64,000 nucleotides of DNA, taken from Bugula neritina. Its lineage: Eukaryota; Animalia; Bryozoa. The stretch lies in the NCBI GenBank assembly GCA_964035545.1, contig OZ037767.1, positions 14,183,801-14,247,800 of the forward strand. Direction: 5' to 3'. The notes below the pieces were generated by a model, which did not search any database, was not told the DNA's origin, and saw only the letters and a program-made list of their open reading frames with translations. A program made the translations under genes and the position numbers. Positions 53,294 through 64,000 of the stretch are shown piece by piece. Within the stretch, counting starts at the first letter, position 1, and the number at the start of each line of letters is the position of its first letter.

Positions 53294-56200
53294 CTATTCA
53301 TTTTTTACAATCTGATTGGCTGAAGTCCAGAAGAAATCATCTAGATACTGACTACTGTTATTATAGAGAGCAGAGGAGAGTTCATCTTCAGAGGTTGAGT
53401 TAGGACTGTGAGCTAGCTGAGTCTCCCACTGATCTCTTACTAGTAGGTAGAGTTTCATCGTGTGGATGGCGTCTTCCACTGAGCAGTGACTTCCTTCCTG
53501 TATTCTCGAATCTACGAAGAGATGCAGCAGAGAGTTGGGTAGTCATGTCAACGCTTAGTTTGAGGGATAAACAGGGCAGTACTATAGTTATATTACCACT
53601 AGTACTACTTATACTACTAACACTAGTACTACTTATAATACTAACACTAGTACTATAGTTATGCTACCAATAGTACTAGTTATACTACTACTACTACTAG
53701 TACTATAGTACTACTATTAGTAGTACTAGTTAAACAACTACCATTGCTACTAGTTATACTACTATCTTTACTGCAGTTATACTACTATACATAGTACTGC
53801 AGTTATACCAGTACTACCACCAGTACTACCACTATCACTACAACTAACTTCACACAGTTATTATTACACTATTAACAAGACTAGCTATCAGTGCCGATAG
53901 TAAAAGACTCACTTAGTAAAACAGCCGAGAGTTTCTTCAGGCCAACTCTGCAAGTTCCAGGTCCACTGAGGCGAGACTTCTTCTTATACATATTACGGAG
54001 AATACGACATTGACCTATATCCCGGTACATCCCGGCAGGTGGGGCGTAGTCAATAACTTCAAAGTCGTTTCTTATCGTGTGACCAACCACTACCTTGTCC
54101 TACAGCATAGGTTATGAAACTAGGTGTGTGACGGTAAGAGTATTGTATGGCAACAGTATTGCATGGTAACGGTATTGTATGATAAAAATTGACATAGTAT
54201 TGTATGGCAACAGTTGACATAGTATTGTATGGTAACAGTTGACATAGTATTGTATGATAACAGTATTGCATGGTAACAGTTGACATTGTATAGTAACAGT
54301 TGACAGAAAGTATTATAATGTAAAAGCACAAGTTGATGATATGAAGGCATTTAAAGCTAAACAGAAAAAAAGAAAGTTTTATGGCTTGAACCAGTGCAAA
54401 CAGTGGAGAAAAGATGATGAAATTAGAAACTCATAAAAATGCATGACTCACACACCTTCAGTATGGAGACAATTTTAGCTTTAGCTTCATCACTTGAGAT
54501 TGCCCCTTTCAGTTTAGATTTAGTGATTCCACTATATTTAGTTCTGTAATCCGCCACTGGTCTGTCAGGTTTCACAAAGACATCTAGCAAGACATTGAGC
54601 TCTGCATCCACTATACTACAGCGTGCTACAATGTAGACTCTGATGATTATAGATAACAGTAGAGACAAGAAATAAAACAGGAGCTACAGATTAGAGATGC
54701 AGACGTATTTACTGAATGAGAAGATAACTCTAATATAGGAGCATAGAATGAGTATAAAACCAAGTCTGCTAGGGGCGAATAAACTAAATGATATAATATA
54801 ATATATAAAATTATATTTAGTAATAAACATAATTATAAGATTATATATGATACTACATATGATCTATTGAATATTATAGACAATATGCAATACAATAAAA
54901 TAATAATATAGGCCTATAATATAATATTATAGCACTTAGTTCTATGTATGCTATTATATACAATATTTCACATAAAATTGTTGCAGTATTATATAAGAAG
55001 CAGGGAGGAGCCGTGGTCTAGGGGTTAGAGCGTTTACCTAGTAAACACGAGGTCATGGGTTCGAGCCCAGACAAAGGCCATTAGTGATGTTAAGAACTCT
55101 TTAAAAAACATTTCGATCAGTAGTTCTCATAGGGATAGTGACTATAAACCCATGAGATTATATTAGAATGATATTTTAGATAATAAAAATCGTGAAAAAT
55201 ATATTATAACACTTTTATATATAATATAATAGGAAAATAACAACTGCAATACACACAAGTTAGTACAAAGCTGAAAGGTAATCTAGTAAAATGTGAAAAC
55301 AAAAGATTAATTTGATAAAACTCAAGATGAAAAAAATCAAAACAATTGGTAAAAATAGTAGAATATTTAACATTATTTATAAAAATGCTTTTGGTCTTGC
55401 AGTTTAAAAATAAAATTTAAAAATCATATATTTTCAACTGGCACTAGTTTATAGTCGCTATCCCTGTGAGAACCCCTGATGAGGAGGGTTAAGGTAGGCT
55501 AAAGACGTATTTATATCTGGAACAGGAGCAATTATGACTGAATGCTCTTCCTAACATCACCAATGGCCTTTGTCAGGGCTTGAACCCATGACTTCGTGTT
55601 TACTAAGCCAGTGCTTTAACTCCTAGACTATGGCTGCTCCTTACTTTGTATTTTTAACAAGAGCTAATAAAGCAAAATTGCCACAAAAATTACAGGAGTT
55701 ATCTTACCTAGCACGCTGATCATCTTAGGTTTCCCTTTGACATTCATCTGTTTATAATCTATTACACCAACCATCTCACAGTCTATTGCCACATATTGAC
55801 TTAGATCAGATAAATTCTTCACAACTTCTCCATCAGTCACTTTAAGATTATCACTGGTGGGTTGTCTACAGTCACTGAGAGAGTCACTGACAGTGCTGGA
55901 GTGACTAACAGTGCCAGTACAACTCTCTGTATCACAACTGAGTTTCACTAAATTACTATCACTGTGTATAGAAGTAGCACCATTAATTATAGTGTTACTG
56001 TGAACGTTAGTACTAGATGAGGTAATATTAGATTCACTATATGGAGAGGTGTGTCCAACATTGTGAGTGGACGTGGCTACACAAACAGGCCCTGCAGGAG
56101 TGGTTATGGGTGTGTCATTAGTGCTGACTGTGTGACTAGTGACACTATTACTGTGATTGAGTAATGGTAACACTTGTGTTGAGTCTTGACCATTTGTAGA

Positions 56201-58604
56201 GTAAACAGCTTTCTTGAAAATCTAGAAAAATATTTTCCATCAAAATTATAATTATTTTGGGGATCAAAAACAATAAATCTTGTTAGAAAAAGCCTGCACT
56301 GGCACAAGTCTTAGTCAAAATAGAAATAACAAAGTTTATATTATTTAGCTTGGAATGTTATATAATTTCCCCTAGGCTTGAAACTTTTCTATGACAAAAT
56401 CAACTTACTATAATGTGTCTGACAGACTACAGTCGAAACTCAACTGTGAACATTTTCTAGGCTAAGCGTTGAACTTTGTGACATCCCAACTGTCTGACTT
56501 CTGAACGCAACCGCCAATTTTTTTCGTTCAGCGATCAGCCAATCAATGACTGGCAGGTAAGCCCTGATTGGTCAAGTACTTTTACTTATTCCACATGCTA
56601 CTAGGCAGCATTATTATTTGATTTGGTTTTTCGAAAACCATATTATTTCACTTAATAATATTACAGGACGACACCGCTGGAATCTGTGTCAACCAATCAG
56701 GGTCGACCACTCATTTACAAGTAACACAGAGTCAGTCTTGGACAGTATTAGAGGATAACTGTATGTAATCGCTTCAACTCTTAGTATATTTTTCACTCTT
56801 ACAGTTTATATTTTTATTCGTGTGTAGTTAATGAAATACAGTTCTCCCGTTTCCATGATCAACTTGTTTGGTTCTTCACATAACCTCACAGCGGATATGC
56901 AGTAATTACTAGCACGCAATAACACCCGATCTAGTAGTACATAAAACTACAACAATATTTAGTTCTTTATGCTAGTGAATGTGATTGAATAAAGCTAGTA
57001 AATCTCATTTGATGAAGCTAGTAATTTTGATTAGTTGAAGCCAGTAGATTAGAATAAAAATAACTAGTAAATCTTATTGAATTATGGTAATAAATCTCAA
57101 TAAATTTCGCTAAATTTGATTTTTGGCTGCTGTGGATACAGCAGAAACTAAGCTACGGCATTGCTATTGGTTAAAAGTTTACTCCGGGGCTAGAGACAGT
57201 TGGCATTCAATGTTTGTAGTGTGACCAGGAAAAATTAGAACACGACATGCGCCGAGCAGCTCCAAAAACGCATTCATAGTCCAGTTTCGACCGTAGTCTG
57301 TCGACCCCATAAGATGCCACACAATATAGAAATTTATGCAGAGTATAACTTTGAAAGTTAGACAAAATAAGTGAGCATTGAGAAGATAATTCCTAGTCGT
57401 ATAGAATAAACTGTCACACTGAACATAGCTATGAATACAGGAGAGGAATGTGGCACTCACAGACTGAATGTGTGTTATGGCAGCGTGACAACTACGGCAG
57501 CCGATATTAGACAAGTAGGCACACTGACAGTCTACAGGGTATTTGCTAGCCTCAGCTACATCCTCTTCCAGACCCGACTTCGAGTCTACATTAATATACA
57601 ACGTAGTTAATGCTAGTTGGCAGGAATTTAGGCTACACAGAATCTACATTACTAAACTATCCACGTGACAGCCCTTTTATACCAGAGGTTCTCATAGGAA
57701 TGGTGGCTATACACTTGCGTAAGTTTTTTATATCATAACATAACGGCATAGTATAATAAAATATTACATAAGAATAAAATACTATAGCCTAATATATAAT
57801 ATAATAATAGATTGTAACAAAGTATTATAATATGACAGACTATTTTAGTCGATGATCAAATAATCAACTTACAAATATTAACAAATACTCCCATCTTGAT
57901 AGCAAAGGCAGCACATATCTGGCAGTTGTCAGCGTCAAGTTCCCCACAATCGCACACCTCGTCAGCAAACACTAGAACATCTTCCTGACTAGTGTCTGCT
58001 GGCTGGGCACTTGCTTTGCTATATATCTCTGTGTCGGAGAGGGCCAAACGCTTCCCAAACAATCTACAGCCATTTGAGAGAACTGGCTATAGGTTAAAGA
58101 TATACTTCATTTATACAGTAATAAACATTGATGTATATCACCATTACCTCGATAATTGACACAGTTATGGTGAGAAACACTCGTATAATCTTGACACTCT
58201 GCAGAATGTTTGAAAGTTGTATGCTTAAACATTTTTGCTTTAAATTTTTTTGGCACTCATGCTGATGACGTTTTCGTTGGATTCTGTGGTATAAAATTAT
58301 TCGTAATTATTGCATGCTATTATCAGTTGCCGCAAGACACAGCTGAATCACTGAGCTAATTTGAAAGTTAAAACTTAGAATTTATTTACAGAAATGTTCA
58401 CAGATAGATGGATTGCAGCTGCTTATAATTTGATAACTGGAGAAAATGTGTACAGCACTCTCACCTGTGTATTTTCCTGGCAATCTTTGCACATACATCA
58501 CAGTTACTTGGGGAAATCACTGAACATTCACACATAGATATTTTGCGTTTCTTTCCTAACTTTGTGGAATGTTGACTGCTAATAGATCGTTTCACACCTT
58601 TCAT
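53294..58604 (-). CDS. DEDDh 3'-5' exonuclease (ISG20L2/AEN/REXO4-like) with long Cys-motif N-terminal extension, 8 exons, ~567 aa
   Basis: Exons 58604-58465, 58283-58148, 58086-57873, 57585-57461, 56221-55708, 54625-54456, 54099-53913, 53511-53294. ExoI YVAIDCEMVG, ARCSIVD..FVKP..VADYRTKYSGIT, ExoII VVGHTIRNDF, LKKLS, ExoIII HCSVEDA. Nuclease exons are secure; the four 5' exons rest on splice-phase consistency only. Confidence 0.85.
53578..53845. repeat. (ACT)n-type low-complexity repeat
   Basis: TACTAGTACTACT runs; reverse-complement class of the 60336-60975 repeat. Confidence 0.85.
54138..54310. repeat. 25-bp tandem repeat
   Basis: TTGACATAGTATTGTATGGTAACAG units with shorter variants. 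Confidence 0.85.
55005..55150 (+). mobile_element. SINE family A, copy 6 (internal deletion)
   Basis: GAGCCGTGGTCTAGGGGTTAGAGCGTTTACCTAGTAAACACGAGGTCATGGGTTCGAGCCC head; GATAGTGACTATAAAC tail. Confidence 0.8.
55447..55640 (-). mobile_element. SINE family A, copy 7
   Basis: Reverse complement of full family A unit. Confidence 0.8.
56430..56761. mobile_element. Possible degraded Tc1/mariner-type MITE
   Basis: TA|CAGTCGAAACTC...GAGGATAACTG|TA; TIR match is weak. Confidence 0.35.
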
Positions 58605-58989
58605 TTCGATTTCATTTCGAGGCTAGTGTATATAAGAAACTATGAGGTTTAAATATGGATGAAACAAACAGTTACAAATATAAGCTTATGTTTGTATAAT
58701 ACTAAAAGCCATGATCATGATGACTAGTTTTCTACGTAAAGTTACAAAGAGAATCACTTGTTAAACAATCATTAGTTTTACAATATCTAAAACAAAAGTT
58801 GGAATTTTATATATAATTATAACTAGAGGTGAACAGAACATAGCATAAATATAAGTATTACTGATTCTGAAGCTACATCAACATTATGACTAGCTCTAAG
58901 TCTAGACTATAGTGAAACTGCATAATAATAAAATTGGAACCATGGCATTGACTCAGGCTGTCATAATAATTAGTAACTACACACCATAA

Positions 58990-59600
58990 GGCAAAATAAG
59001 AATGCTAATCATAATGATAATGATAAGCAATATCATTATCAATATGAATATGAACATATGAAATTGAATATCATAACCATTATGATTATGGTAATGGTGA
59101 TGACGATCATAATCACTGATATTCATAATAATGATGAGAATCGATATTGTAATACTGAGTAATAGTAATTGATAATTACAATCTCAATACATATAAAGCT
59201 CCATAAAATAATCAACAACATTTAATGAAAATCTGAATTATAATTATCATGAAAAAAACAAATGTTAACACTAAAGTAAAAGTAGAAAAATAAAAACAAT
59301 TTGAAAATCAAAATGGTTTTTACTAAATGAAAGGAGGGAAATGAAAGTACCGAGATTCAACTCTAGTCTCTAATTCTAAAAGTAAAAGTAACTCTAACAC
59401 TAACAGTAACAGTAAATCCAAGTCTAACGATAACACTAATACAGTGCTACCAACAGTAACTCTAACTCAGTAACTGTAAGTCAAAGTGTAAGACTAAGAG
59501 CAAGACTCACTAACTCTAAGAGTAAGTCAAAATGTAACTGACTAAGAGTAAGTCTAACTCCGAACTCTAAGACTTAGACTTACAGTTACTTACTCTTACA
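58990..59600. repeat. Low-complexity tract (ATG/ATA trimers, then AACTCT/AAGAGT hexamers)
   Basis: Direct inspection. Confidence 0.6.
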
Positions 59601-60335
59601 TCAATAATAATGATTTAATTACAATATAATACAATACTAATTTTACTTTATAGTAACTTGAGCTAGTTAGTAACAAAGATAAACTGAAAGTAATTGTTAT
59701 GTTGGTACTATTTCAGTATCTATAATTCCGATTTTATCTATGGTTATTCACTATTCAGTATGACTATGAGTATCAGTATGAGTATTTCTACGATCATCTT
59801 AATCAGAGTTGGACGCACGTTATCAATAGCTCCAAAATCCATAACCGTGAAGCTGCTATTTGTCTAGAGAAAACATCGGGGCCTAACACGTACCAATCAG
59901 AAATTGAAAGCAGTTATTTCAAGAGCTTCTGCTAGGTCAACTGTCAACCGGATAATAAAATTTTGAATGTCAACAGCTCAATTTAATTCTTGGCTGTTAC
60001 GTTTCCGTCGCAGTGCCATCAACTGATAGTGATAGTGATACAGCTACTCGAAATTACCATTGCCATTGGTATTAGTGCATTACATTTGCTGAGTACATTT
60101 GCCATGAATATTGAGTTTACACATCAAACGCAGTCAGTTTATGGTGATATTTTCTATGGTGTTTGGTGCAGTTAACTGATTGATATGTGATATGTATCAC
60201 TGTCACTGTCAGTGTCAGTATGAGACTGAGTATCAGTAACACGAACAACTTGAACTTGAACTACACCTCAGTCTGACTCTGATTCTGAGTCTTTCATGTA
60301 TAATGATAATATTAATAATCAAAATGTATTGTTTA

Positions 60336-60975
60336 TTAGTAACAGTAGTGAGTAGACTTAGTACTAGTCAGCAGTACTACTATTACTACTACTGCTGCTG
60401 CTGCCGCCGGCGCCGCTGCTACTAATGGTAATACTAATAGCAGTAGCAGTAGACGTAGTAGTAATAACAGTAGTAGCAGTAGCAGCAGTAGTAGTAGTAG
60501 CAGTAGTAGTAGCACTAGCAGTAGCAGTACTAGTAGCAGTAGTAGTACTAGTAGCAGTAGTAGTACTAGTAGCATTAGCAGTAGTAGTAGCGCTAGCAGT
60601 AGTAGTAGCAGCAGTAGCCTAGACCTTAACAGTAGTTTTAATACTAGCAGTAGTAGTAGCACTACTAGCAGTAGTACTATTAGTAGTAGTAGTAGTACTA
60701 GTAATAGTAGTAGTACTAGTAATAGTAGTAGTACTAGTAATAGTAGTAGTACTAGTAATAGTAGTAGTACTAGTAATAGTAGTAGTACTAGTAATAGTAG
60801 TAGTACTAGTAATAGTAGTAGTACTAGTAATAGTAGTAGTACTAGTAATAGTAGTAGTACTAGTAATAGTAGTAGTACTAGTAATAGTAGTAGTACTAGT
60901 AATAGTAGTAGTACTAGTAATAGTAGTGGTAGTACTAGTAATAGTAGTGGTAGTACTAGTAGTAGTACTACTAGT
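60336..60975. repeat. (TAG)n microsatellite with an 18-bp higher-order unit TAGTAGTAGTACTAGTAA
   Basis: ~14 near-perfect 18-mers at ~60688-60960; explains the spurious poly-Leu ORF. Confidence 0.95.
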
Positions 60976-61246
60976 GGCAATAATGATTATGATAAAATTG
61001 ATATTATAATTATATGAATAATAATTTAAATAATTACAGTGATAGTATTATTATAATATTACTCACAGTAGTATAAATATTTAATTTTATATTAGTTGAT
61101 AAAAAGTTATACTTACCAGTTCAGTTATTGATTTATTTCTCAGTCAGCGAGTTGATGATTAGATAACTAACCTCATTGTTTGTTGGATTAATTTTATTTT
61201 GTTTTGACTTGTTTTAGGTCAAAAGTTTATGAAGCTTGGTTGATAT

Positions 61247-63840
<2,594 letters not shown>

Positions 63841-64000
63841 GTACGTATACTGTCTCTGTCTGAACTCTTTATTCTTATCACCTGCCCCCTATAAGTTGTG
63901 TTTGCACTGCATTTCCTAGTCTAAATAGTGAAGCCATTTATTTCAATTTACACAGATGTAAGTTTAAGTTTTTAACTTTATTGGATGTTGCTCCAAAGCT

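Noticed and set aside
60336-60980. 214-aa poly-Leu/Val ORF and its antisense ORF
   Set aside because: Translation of the (TAG)n repeat; no splice or homology support.

Overview
AT-rich, intron-rich animal (invertebrate-like) genomic DNA; nothing prokaryotic. By reading splice sites and frames by hand I reconstructed six spliced genes: a GT31 beta-1,3-galactosyltransferase-like gene (+, 2739-10750), SDE2 (-, 12623-17986), a 25-kb Meis/homothorax TALE homeobox gene (-, 20309-45459), an unrecognised 5-exon gene starting with a myristoylation-like MGSRLS (-, 47459-50631), a DEDDh 3'-5' exonuclease of the ISG20L2/AEN/REXO4 type (-, 53294-58604) and the 5' part of Taspase-1 (+, from 61247). Also present: an intact intronic tRNA-Lys(TTT), a 2.4-kb non-autonomous DNA transposon with ~600-bp inverted arms plus a related MITE, seven copies of a tRNA-Thr-derived SINE, four copies of a second tRNA-like repeat, a probable solo LTR, small MITEs and many simple repeats. 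Most notable: the exonuclease carries three exactly spaced CxC-x7-CxxC motifs in its N-terminal extension; the Meis locus has a dense cluster of its own TGACA binding core and several RFX X-boxes; and the orphan gene sits directly upstream of Meis. All gene models are hand-built and unconfirmed by transcripts or database searches.
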